Assembly (NCBI GenBank): GCA_016840065.1
Contig: JAEOTB010000006.1
Span: 1 to 42,576, forward strand
Length of the DNA stretch: 42,576 nt
Reading direction: 5' to 3'
DNA from: Candidatus Hermodarchaeota archaeon
GTDB lineage: Archaea > Asgardarchaeota > Hermodarchaeia > Hermodarchaeales > Hermodarchaeaceae
Shown in pieces: positions 27,707 through 35,903 of the stretch. Within the stretch, counting starts at the first letter, position 1. Every line of letters begins with the position of its first letter. Made by a program: the position numbers and the translations under genes. The notes under the pieces were generated by a model that saw only the letters and a program-made list of their open reading frames with translations, ran no database searches and was not told the origin of the DNA.

Positions 27707-28039
27707 TTAAACTAGCTTCGGAACACCGCCATGCCTACTAATAGCACAATTTAGAATCCAGAGGAAATCTTCCAGTAACTCTAACAGAAGATTCAGGTTC
27801 ATGTGAGCTTGCGAAGCTTTCAGAGAGCCACTTTCATTGATAATTAGATGCCCCTCTTTGATTAGGAACTCATGTACCTGCCGGAGATCCTTAAACGCAG
27901 TATCCAGTCGAGAGATGGCATGTTTTGTAACCCTTTTTTCACCGATTCCTCGACCAGGGCGTCGCCGGGGGCTCATTTTTGATAATCCCAGCTCCCCGAC
28001 TTGTGGAAGGGAGCGGATTTTTTCGCTTTTTTCAGTCAT
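27707..28039 (-). CDS. Hypothetical protein (basic N-terminus, helical C-terminus)
   Basis: AGGTGA ribosome-binding site; sits in operon spacing between neighbours. Confidence 0.7.
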   Translation of the reverse strand: MTEKSEKIRSLPQVGELGLSKMSPRRRPGRGIGEKRVTKHAISRLDTAFKDLRQVHEFLIKEGHLIINESGSLKASQAHMNLNLLLELLEDFLWILNCAISRHGGVPKLV

Positions 28040-28058
28040 TCATTCTTTCACCTTTCTT

Positions 28059-29927
28059 TCATTCTTTTTCTGAGCTGACGACAGTATCGAGCAGAGACTC
28101 CTCCGCCTCTTCAGGTAGGGAACCATCAAAGGATCTTGATTGGACATAACCAAAGATGGTCGGAAGGTATTCTCGATACCAGATCCACTGATTCGTTGTT
28201 GTATTGAAGCGGCACCTACCCAGCACTGAGGAGACAATGAAGTCTTTTGAGCCGGTTCCATAGAACACCGAAGCATCGAATTCCTCTTGGTCAAGCAAGA
28301 GGCGGCTAAGTTCTTCTCCCACCTCTTGGGCCTTTCCTGAAGGTAACCCGAAGGCTACGATGCAACCTGGATTCGGGGTGGTAAAGACTGCTCCTCCAGC
28401 CATCGGCGCCTCCTTGCATCCAGCCAGGAAGTTCTCAACGACACTTCTGTCACCCTCGATCATCACAAAGACGGATTCGTTCAAACCCAACTGGAAGAGG
28501 CTATTCTCAGGGCGCTCGAAAACTACCTTCTCTTCGAAGAGTTTTCGCTGCTTCTCTTGCACTAGCTGAACTGGTTGCCCCAGCTGCTTCGCTATTGTCT
28601 CTACAGGGACTTCTGGTGAGATTTGGCTCAGGATACCAAGGTCTACCGCATCCAATTCTGCGGCTTCGACGTAAGGTTCACTGTACTTGTAAATGTAGGG
28701 CTTTGGTAGAACTTCGCCGTATCCCTGGTCAATGAGTACCTCTTTGAGGTATTTTGCCCAGGCAAGCCATCTAAACCGTTCCCCGATTGGTGTATCAGCC
28801 TTGTGGGCTAGGTAGCTTTGTAGGTTGTAGCTCTGGAAGGTTCCTTCTAGCTGATAGAACCCGAAATGGCTCAGGTGACCGAGACTCGTCAATTCTTGGT
28901 AAAATTCTCTTAGTCGCCTGAGTCTGAGCCTTGGGAGGTTGTATGAGATTAGATAGGGTGCGTTTGCGCCGCTGAAACGATGAATCTTTCTTAAGTAAGG
29001 GCAGAGTTCTACGTAATCATCTATGCGACTACCAGAGTCAGGGTAAGCTAGAACCATAACATGAGACAGTCGAATCTTTGGAAAGTTAATTCTGTAGTAT
29101 TTCGAGTAGTAGAGTTTCTCTCTAAGGGCTTTCAGATAACCATTCAAACTGCCTGCAGATAAGGCGCTGACTGATTGGAGTTCTTCGAGGCTAGCGTTTG
29201 GATGTTCTTGCAAAAGGTGGATTACCTTAAGTTCCTGTTCAGTTAGCGGAGAAGCGTAATTAAACATAAAATCTGCAATCAGATCTATGTATTCGATACT
29301 GGTCAGTGTTCTCTTTGATGTATTCAGTTCATCGAGGTATGGGAGCAGAATCTGGAGAAATGTTCCCTGAGTTGTACGATTGAACATTGTCAGCGAAAGG
29401 CATGCATGATAGATTATATCACCAAAGTAACGTCTGGGGGAAACCGCCTGCCATACTTTGATAAGCCGTTCGCGTTGCGCTTCATCGAAGTGGATATAGG
29501 CACAGAGGAGGCCTAGGTCAGCGCTTTCAGGAATCGGTTGGATCGCGGGGGGGAGCAGTGCAGTGTACAGTTCACGGTAGAGAATCGCATCCAATAGGAC
29601 TGGTCGGTCAAGAACCTGCCGAGCTAGAGCTAGATTGTTACCCTCCCAGTGACCACAGAATTTGGGAGAGGAGAGTGAGCACTCTTCGAAGAAGACAATC
29701 TTCTTTGGCATAGGTGGAGTTCGGCCTGTGAGTTCGGCTATTGCTAGCTGAACCTCTTTCAGCCGCTTCCTTAGCTTGTGTTTTCGTGGTCGGCTCGAAG
29801 CCGGTTGTTGCATCGTTTCCATTTTCAATGTCGTCCGCATCATTAGTCGCCAAGCGAATCGCCCCCGAATCGCTTGGAGGTTGAGTCCGAAGAAGGGGTC
29901 AAGTGGCTGAAGGGTATATAAACACAA
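28059..29927 (-). CDS. Large transcription regulator: degenerate zincin-like N-domain + two Lrp/AsnC-type wHTH-RAM units
   Basis: wHTH1 LTEQELKVIHLLQEHPNASLEEL...INFPKIRL; wHTH2 LDAVDLGILSQI...VETIAKQLG...QLGL. A TTTATATA box near 29915 implies the real start is downstream (about 29843-29813). Confidence 0.75.
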   Translation of the reverse strand: MCLYTLQPLDPFFGLNLQAIRGRFAWRLMMRTTLKMETMQQPASSRPRKHKLRKRLKEVQLAIAELTGRTPPMPKKIVFFEECSLSSPKFCGHWEGNNLALARQVLDRPVLLDAILYRELYTALLPPAIQPIPESADLGLLCAYIHFDEAQRERLIKVWQAVSPRRYFGDIIYHACLSLTMFNRTTQGTFLQILLPYLDELNTSKRTLTSIEYIDLIADFMFNYASPLTEQELKVIHLLQEHPNASLEELQSVSALSAGSLNGYLKALREKLYYSKYYRINFPKIRLSHVMVLAYPDSGSRIDDYVELCPYLRKIHRFSGANAPYLISYNLPRLRLRRLREFYQELTSLGHLSHFGFYQLEGTFQSYNLQSYLAHKADTPIGERFRWLAWAKYLKEVLIDQGYGEVLPKPYIYKYSEPYVEAAELDAVDLGILSQISPEVPVETIAKQLGQPVQLVQEKQRKLFEEKVVFERPENSLFQLGLNESVFVMIEGDRSVVENFLAGCKEAPMAGGAVFTTPNPGCIVAFGLPSGKAQEVGEELSRLLLDQEEFDASVFYGTGSKDFIVSSVLGRCRFNTTTNQWIWYREYLPTIFGYVQSRSFDGSLPEEAEESLLDTVVSSEKE

Positions 29928-30206
29928 CTTATGATATTTTTTGGGGTCTTAAAATGCTCTAAAACCTGTTTTAACACCGAAAATAACTGGAAAATCTTCT
30001 AAGAAGAAGTAATTACCCATTATCATCAGAAAGGGGCATGGAGAATCCCTTAAAACATGATTTCTCGCGTGTTTTTGACTCAGTGATTGGGAAAAATTTG
30101 ATGAGGAAAATTTAGTTGAGCATAATTATGTCGAGCCAACTTTTTCCCTCCAAGTAGAACATATTAATGATGGAGACACTGAAACTGGTTTAGGAAGTGA
30201 GTTGAA

Positions 30207-30413
30207 TTGAGTAGGTATATCGACAGGCTGCATTGCCCGCATTGCGGTAAAACGCACTCAACGAATCAGTGGCCAGAAAATGGTGACTGGGTACCCTTCT
30301 ACTATCAAGAAGAGCGTGGGAACTTCAACCTAGAGGTCACCTGCCCGTACTGTGGTAAAGACTGGTATGTAGTGTGGGATCGGGACCCAGGCCCTATCAG
30401 AAGAGTGCGGTAA
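30207..30413 (+). CDS. Small zinc-ribbon protein (2 x CPxC)
   Basis: CPHCGK ... CPYCGK. Confidence 0.75.
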   Translation: MSRYIDRLHCPHCGKTHSTNQWPENGDWVPFYYQEERGNFNLEVTCPYCGKDWYVVWDRDPGPIRRVR

Positions 30414-30482
30414 ATAATCAGAAAAATTAAGTAATAAACCCCTGTAATGTGAATCAGTGGAAAGAAAGGTGGGTGATTCTTA

Positions 30483-30734
30483 ATGAAATCGAAGTTAGCT
30501 GACATTATCCTAGAATATTACAAAGTGAAGATTCTGTTACTTAGAGCAAGCGGTTCGCACTTGTCTGTGGAGGAAATCGAGGAAAATCAGGAACGCTTTT
30601 CTCGCGAGGCTTTTGTTTACATCCAACAGGAACAAAAAACACGCAGACTCGATGGTCTTAGGGCGGACGATTCTGAAGAAGTAATACGAGAAATACTCGA
30701 TGAATTCGTTCAGATCTGGGATTTCCCAGAATGA
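30483..30734 (+). CDS. Small helical hypothetical protein, paralog 1
   Basis: GGTGA ribosome-binding site; aligns with 30910..31182. Confidence 0.75.
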   Translation: MKSKLADIILEYYKVKILLLRASGSHLSVEEIEENQERFSREAFVYIQQEQKTRRLDGLRADDSEEVIREILDEFVQIWDFPE

Positions 30735-31270
30735 AAAACTCCGCCGATGAGTAGTAACTGCTGCAAATTCGCCTAATTCCCAACCGATTTGTACGTCGTT
30801 TGGGAATGAGGTCCTGGTCCCATCAGAAAAGTGTACCAAACAATCAGTGAATTTTAAAACAAAGCATTTATGAAGTTCACAATATGTGAATAGAAATAAG
30901 TGATTCTTGATGTGGCCGTATCCGAAAATCATCAAGTCTGCTTACGAAATAGCAGTTATGTTGTTTACACAAAGCCATCAGGATTTGTCAAAGGATAGGA
31001 TGGACAATATCATTGAGGAAAACTGGGAACTCTTCTCTCGTTCTGCAAAGAGTTACATTATGGAAACAAATAGAAGTCGCAGACTTGAAGGTCTTGAGAC
31101 GTTATCTACTGAATCCCAGATACGAGTATTACTGGCGGATTTCGCTCAAATCTATATTTTCGTTACCGAAGGAATTCACTAGAAGCAATATTTTCGTTCG
31201 CTAAAATCTGGGGTTTACTGGAGTGAAGAACTCCGTCGATGACTAGTAATTGTTGAGGATTCGCCTATTT
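30732..31270 (+). repeat. 47-bp imperfect direct repeat (30732-30778 and 31224-31270)
   Basis: tgaaaaactccgccgatgagtagtaactgctgcaaattcgcctaatt vs tgaagaactccgtcgatgactagtaattgttgaggattcgcctattt; 38/47 identical, no gaps. Confidence 0.85.
30910..31182 (+). CDS. Small helical hypothetical protein, paralog 2
   Basis: Shares IEENxExFSRxAxxYI...RRL[DE]GL...E..IR..L..F.QI..F with 30483..30734. Confidence 0.75.
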   Translation: MWPYPKIIKSAYEIAVMLFTQSHQDLSKDRMDNIIEENWELFSRSAKSYIMETNRSRRLEGLETLSTESQIRVLLADFAQIYIFVTEGIH

Positions 31271-31292
31271 GGAACCTCTTCCGAGTTTTTCC

Positions 31293-32237
31293 TTAAAGGC
31301 GCTGGTTCGCGGGGTGTACCTCACAGGTCTGGTTCTTGCAGGTAGAGCACTCCTTAGAGCTATGCGTCCAGAAGCCATGGAAGCGCTCAACGAACTGTTT
31401 TACAAATTCTGGATTATTGGTCCAGCTCATTTGTTCCCCTACACCTGATAGGCCTTTCACGGTGAAGTTCGAGCTTCCTTCTAGGACTTCTGCATCGTCA
31501 ATTATTAGCGCTTTGATGTGTAATATGCTGCAGACGACGATTTCGATTTTGTCGGATAATTTGAGAAGTTTGTTTATCGCTTTTGAGAAGTGGTCACTCT
31601 TGCTTCCTAGGGCTTGTGGGTCGTTAGTTAAGAGGCGAACTGAAAAGCCATCCTCGGCTTTTGCGGCAAGCCGCTCTAGCAGATTGACCTCACAGTCATC
31701 CTTTCCGACTTTTATGGTTCTAACATCAGAAAGAGTCATCGTCATCAATCTGATGGATTTCTTTGCCCGATTGATCATACCTACTAGGGCTCGAGCGATT
31801 TCAATACCTTCGAGCACCTCGTGTGCAACATCTTCTGGGGCAACTGGTTCGGTTTCTACTTTGGGCTCTTCTTCCTCTGGGGGAATGAAAGCTTCCTCGG
31901 TTTCGCTTTCAGTCGGGGGAGTGACGGGTTGTTCGGTGTCTGGCTGGGGATCGGGTGTAGTTATCTGTGGTGCAGGATAGAAGCTATCAAGGGCTTCGAC
32001 AAGTTCCAAAGGTAATGGTTCGCCGTTCCGGAGGACCTTTGTGATTTCAATCATTACTTCTGCGCGTCTAACGGCTATCCTGTGGGCCTTTCCTGAGGAG
32101 TGCTTTGCGATTCCGCTGAAGGCTTCAGCAGCTTTAAGAGCTGCCTTGGAGGCTCGTTCAAAATCGCCTTTACTCATGAACTCTCGCACCAGCAGAAGCG
32201 CCTCCCTTGCTACTCGACCAAGCCTAGTCAAACTCAA
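31293..32237 (-). CDS. Phospholipase D-fold (single HKD) protein with a MIT-like N-terminal helical bundle
   Basis: LHIKALIIDD...EGSSNFT..G; acidic/Pro linker; three-helix N-terminus; C-terminal CSTCKNQTCEVH. Confidence 0.85.
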   Translation of the reverse strand: MSLTRLGRVAREALLLVREFMSKGDFERASKAALKAAEAFSGIAKHSSGKAHRIAVRRAEVMIEITKVLRNGEPLPLELVEALDSFYPAPQITTPDPQPDTEQPVTPPTESETEEAFIPPEEEEPKVETEPVAPEDVAHEVLEGIEIARALVGMINRAKKSIRLMTMTLSDVRTIKVGKDDCEVNLLERLAAKAEDGFSVRLLTNDPQALGSKSDHFSKAINKLLKLSDKIEIVVCSILHIKALIIDDAEVLEGSSNFTVKGLSGVGEQMSWTNNPEFVKQFVERFHGFWTHSSKECSTCKNQTCEVHPANQRL

Positions 32238-32329
32238 CCATGTGCACTCCTAATAATCTAAGAAAGTGTTACACAGATTAATCAGAAGTAAGATGATAAT
32301 AACTCTTGGTTTTCAGGTTCGATGAACTT

Positions 32330-32830
32330 TTAGAGCATCACAAGGGCTAGAAAGCCTAGCCCTAACCCAGCGATTAATATGAGTAGGGCTGAGGAGGGCT
32401 CGAGGTCAAGAAGGAAGGGAAGAGGTATGACGATCAAGGGTAGACAAAGAGGAAGCAGGCCAAGAGCCCATGAATTCACGATTGGGTGCATAAGGTAGTT
32501 CATTGCCAAGTAGACAGCAGCGAAGACATTTACCAAGTAGGCTGCAGTAGCAAACTTCCTCCATAGAATTCGTGGAGGACGAGGTGATTGTCCCTGGAGC
32601 ATCATCCAAGTCGCCATTCGCTGGGGCGAGGCAACTCCGTTCGTGGGTAGTGATTGGTGTTGTCCATCGCTTTGGAAAGCTGATGACATTAATCTGAGTT
32701 GCACTATCCACTTGCGGAACTCTGCTTTTCCTTTAATTGCATGATAAACCTGTTTAGCAACAAAAGCCTCACTTATGAGAATTCCCAATTGAACGATGTC
32801 AAGAAGTAGAATGTCAATGATGTTTATCAT
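32330..32830 (-). CDS. Hypothetical membrane protein
   Basis: GGAGG upstream of ATG 32830, 8 nt after the peptidase stop; about 4 TM. Confidence 0.7.
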   Translation of the reverse strand: MINIIDILLLDIVQLGILISEAFVAKQVYHAIKGKAEFRKWIVQLRLMSSAFQSDGQHQSLPTNGVASPQRMATWMMLQGQSPRPPRILWRKFATAAYLVNVFAAVYLAMNYLMHPIVNSWALGLLPLCLPLIVIPLPFLLDLEPSSALLILIAGLGLGFLALVML

Positions 32831-32837
32831 GTAATTT

Positions 32838-35800
32838 TCATCCTCCTTCCCTTCCCTGCCCTGATGATTCACCAAGATTGGCGATGAGGCGACGGAGATG
32901 CCGTTTATCCGCTCCTAGGAGTACTATATGAATCTCGTCCCCCTGGCGGTTATAGGCTAGTACTGCCTGCTCGTTAGAGAATCGACCTTGTCCCCTATGT
33001 GATAATCCGAATCGCCGACTGACTTGGGCTATCCTACTCTCTAGCTGTTCTGAGAAAGGATAGGATTTCACCAATCTCTCTCGGGGGCTAGAACCAGGAT
33101 AGCCAAGTGTTGAAGGGCTGCTTCCATACTCTGTTAGCCCCGTGATTCTTCCCGAAGGGGATTTGTGTTTTGAACTCCGCTGCCAGCAAATCCCCAAAAG
33201 GATTAGACCCACTAGGACAGCGGGAGGCAGAAGAGATATGGTGAGATTCAGAAGAGAATAATTCACTTCGATGAGAGCCTGATCACTGCAGAGTGTCTGC
33301 TCCTCTAATTTCAAGTGGACTCTAAGGAGGCGAGAACCGATGTCTGCTGGATTTGAGGGATTATACAATACTGGCACCCTAGCAGATATTGTTTGTTCCG
33401 CCATCACAGAAATCTGGCAGCCTCCTTCAAAGTTGTCTCCCTCGACGATTACCTCGAAGGTTCTAGCTCGGCTACCTTGGTTAGTAATATTCACAAGGAT
33501 TTCGAAGGGCTGCTGTTGGAGAACCTTAGATGGAGGCTCATCGAGATAAATATTGAATGCAGATAAAACCTCCAGTGGATACACCTCAAAGAGTAAGACG
33601 AGTTCCGATATTGAAACCGATAGTACTAACGAGTAATTACCTGGTGGAGTTGTGGGAGAAATGTCAAAGTCAAGGCGGAAGAAGTTCAGACCAGGCATTA
33701 ACAGAAGGTTATCTAGTGACGCTGCTCCCAGGAGGGGCGCTCCAAAGGACAAGTTGACATAAGCAGGTGTCATCCAAGTGGAGTTTATCATACATTGAGC
33801 AGCCAGCATTTCACCGGCTAGTTCTGCTTCAACTGCTCCTACACTTCCTACACAAATGGGAATGGGTGAAACACTCAGCTTTGCTCTGAAACCAGAACCA
33901 CTTTCTGCTAGGATTGAGTAACTCAGGGGCGACTGAATAAACACTTCTAGTGTGGCGACACCCGTTTCGTTGGTCACTAGTTGAGTTGACTCTAAACCTG
34001 ATAGATCAGAAGTCACGTTCAACTGTACTAGCTCATTAGGGAAGCCAGCCATTGTGAGAAAATCACACATCACAACAAAGATTGTTGTGTGATCACCAAC
34101 CCTCGGCGGCTTCGTACCTACTCCTAGTAATATCCCCTCTTCCCTGCCATCAACGAGCCATTCAAGACTCGCAGTTGCCATGCTTTGAACGGCATTATCT
34201 AGGGGAGTATCAACACCTAGGAAGAGAATGGATGTTTCAGTATCAGGGTCAGCAAAGAACGCCATCGAACACCAAGTATCATTGCCCACCAAACTCAGCA
34301 TTTGTTCATGTATAGTCACGGCAAAAACGGAAGGGTAGGCTACAAAAGGCTTAGCGACAGGACCACTAAGAAGGTAGGGGCTGGCAATTGCTGGGTGTAA
34401 AGAGATAAATCCGTCAACATAGTGCGATTGAGTCCCAATTGATGTGGTTTCCACGCCAGCTAGAATTTCAAGGAGCTGGGCTCCTGATTGTCCTAGAGCT
34501 AGAATTGGTATTTGATTCTGTGTTAGTGATGTAGTTAGAGTACTATCTAGGACGAGAGCTGGATCGAGGACTAGGGCAGTGTAGGTACTGGTGTTGTGAT
34601 CCAGGTAATCGATGACAGTGACATTGGCAACCTCATCAAGAATAGGACTCCAGTTCTCAGCAAAGTCTGGGGGACTTGGGGGTATCTGATATGCTAGTGA
34701 AAGAATAAGCGAGATTACCAGTTTTGAAGCGTTACAAAGATTACTGGGATTACAACTACCGATCACATCATTCTTTGTATGCTTATTGGGGTCTGGGTAC
34801 TGATTCGTTGACAAGGTCAGCGAAGGTATTTCAGAAGTGTGGAATGTCCATTCCGATGTGCTCCATGCAGATCTATGCTCAACATCAGAGAGGCTTTCCA
34901 CACGTGGTTTCACCATATCCTCCATAGGTATACCCAGTAACACACTAATCTCTTCTAATGGGTCAGTTAAGCTAGTAACATCCTCGTCAGGATAGTGGTA
35001 AATCGCCAGTTGTATTGAATCAAATTCCCCTGAATATCCCACTTCATCCACATTCAGGACCATGGCTGTTGAGGAATCGACTCCCAAATTCTCTAGATCC
35101 TCTGTGACCATTTGGTTGGAGCCCCAAAGATGGCGAGTGTTGTTTCCTTCTTCGCCCCCTAGAAAGCCGAAGAGAATATTCCACTCCCCAAACATGTCAG
35201 GAATCTTTGTGAGGATCCGGAGAGCCTCAAGTAACACAACAACACCCGCGGCGTTATCATTAGCACCAGGTGCCGAAGTAGATGTAAGTCCGAGATAGCT
35301 GTATCTCGCTGAATCGACATGACAGGTCACGATTAGACTCGGTTGATTTCCATCTAAATCCCAGGGTGAAATGTAAAGGTTCCGAGTCCAGTAGGGTCGA
35401 AGTTCAAATCCGATACCACTCCAAACCTGTCGCATGACAGGGAACCAAACCGACTCTGGGGTTAATCCGAGTTCCACTAATTCGGATTCCAATAGATTAA
35501 GGCTGGCATTCCCGCCGCCTTCAAAGGGGTGGCGGCTGTCAAAGCTGGTGAAAGAGTGGAGAAGCCCCATTTGACGCGTCGCGTTTACACGAGCTGAGGT
35601 CAGCAGCTGCCAATGGGCCAAGTTTGAAACATTGGTAATATATGCCGCAGATAAGGGAGAAACGGATGGAGATATGGAGGCAGGACAGTTTGGGGCGGCA
35701 TCTGGAGTCGAATTCAAACCTAGCTCTCTGTCAAGTGCGGGAAAAGAAACACCACTGGAGTGCTGAGCTACTGCTAAGGGAAATAGAAGCAAACCGATGC

Positions 35801-35843
35801 AGCAGTATGTAAAGAATTCGACTCGTCTCATGGGGCTTATCAT
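32838..35843 (-). CDS. Membrane-anchored M28 family metallopeptidase with Ig-like stalk
   Basis: Signal peptide; CHVDS, GANDNAAG, GEEG, LNVDEVG, HTKND zinc ligands; beta-rich repeats; TM helix and cytoplasmic tail. Confidence 0.9.
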   Translation of the reverse strand: MISPMRRVEFFTYCCIGLLLFPLAVAQHSSGVSFPALDRELGLNSTPDAAPNCPASISPSVSPLSAAYITNVSNLAHWQLLTSARVNATRQMGLLHSFTSFDSRHPFEGGGNASLNLLESELVELGLTPESVWFPVMRQVWSGIGFELRPYWTRNLYISPWDLDGNQPSLIVTCHVDSARYSYLGLTSTSAPGANDNAAGVVVLLEALRILTKIPDMFGEWNILFGFLGGEEGNNTRHLWGSNQMVTEDLENLGVDSSTAMVLNVDEVGYSGEFDSIQLAIYHYPDEDVTSLTDPLEEISVLLGIPMEDMVKPRVESLSDVEHRSAWSTSEWTFHTSEIPSLTLSTNQYPDPNKHTKNDVIGSCNPSNLCNASKLVISLILSLAYQIPPSPPDFAENWSPILDEVANVTVIDYLDHNTSTYTALVLDPALVLDSTLTTSLTQNQIPILALGQSGAQLLEILAGVETTSIGTQSHYVDGFISLHPAIASPYLLSGPVAKPFVAYPSVFAVTIHEQMLSLVGNDTWCSMAFFADPDTETSILFLGVDTPLDNAVQSMATASLEWLVDGREEGILLGVGTKPPRVGDHTTIFVVMCDFLTMAGFPNELVQLNVTSDLSGLESTQLVTNETGVATLEVFIQSPLSYSILAESGSGFRAKLSVSPIPICVGSVGAVEAELAGEMLAAQCMINSTWMTPAYVNLSFGAPLLGAASLDNLLLMPGLNFFRLDFDISPTTPPGNYSLVLSVSISELVLLFEVYPLEVLSAFNIYLDEPPSKVLQQQPFEILVNITNQGSRARTFEVIVEGDNFEGGCQISVMAEQTISARVPVLYNPSNPADIGSRLLRVHLKLEEQTLCSDQALIEVNYSLLNLTISLLPPAVLVGLILLGICWQRSSKHKSPSGRITGLTEYGSSPSTLGYPGSSPRERLVKSYPFSEQLESRIAQVSRRFGLSHRGQGRFSNEQAVLAYNRQGDEIHIVLLGADKRHLRRLIANLGESSGQGREGG

Positions 35844-35903
35844 ATTTCGCCGGAATTTAGTTCGTTTTTATAGGTTACGGTAAGAATTCACCCGCTTGGG
35901 GTT

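Noticed and set aside
28040-28294. 84-aa alternative-frame ORF, and similar short overlapping ORFs across the track
   Set aside because: Overlap well-supported genes; no motifs or RBS.
30111-30148. cataattatg palindrome resembling dif/Xer half-sites
   Set aside because: Lacks the 6-bp central spacer of a dif site and no recombinase is nearby; could be chance in AT-rich DNA.
31180-31242. Possible TAG read-through (pyrrolysine) extending paralog 2 to ...WSEELRR-stop
   Set aside because: The extension is only 19 codons, paralog 1 ends at the equivalent position with TGA, and no pyl genes are in view.
30732-31270. 47-bp repeat as a CRISPR array
   Set aside because: Only two imperfect copies about 490 bp apart and no cas genes.
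27302-31290. Provirus or integrated element
   Set aside because: Small ORFs and AT-rich spacers are suggestive, but no integrase, capsid, replication gene, tRNA or att repeat was found.
31336-31980. 214-aa + strand ORF
   Set aside because: Ser-rich antisense mirror of the PLD gene.
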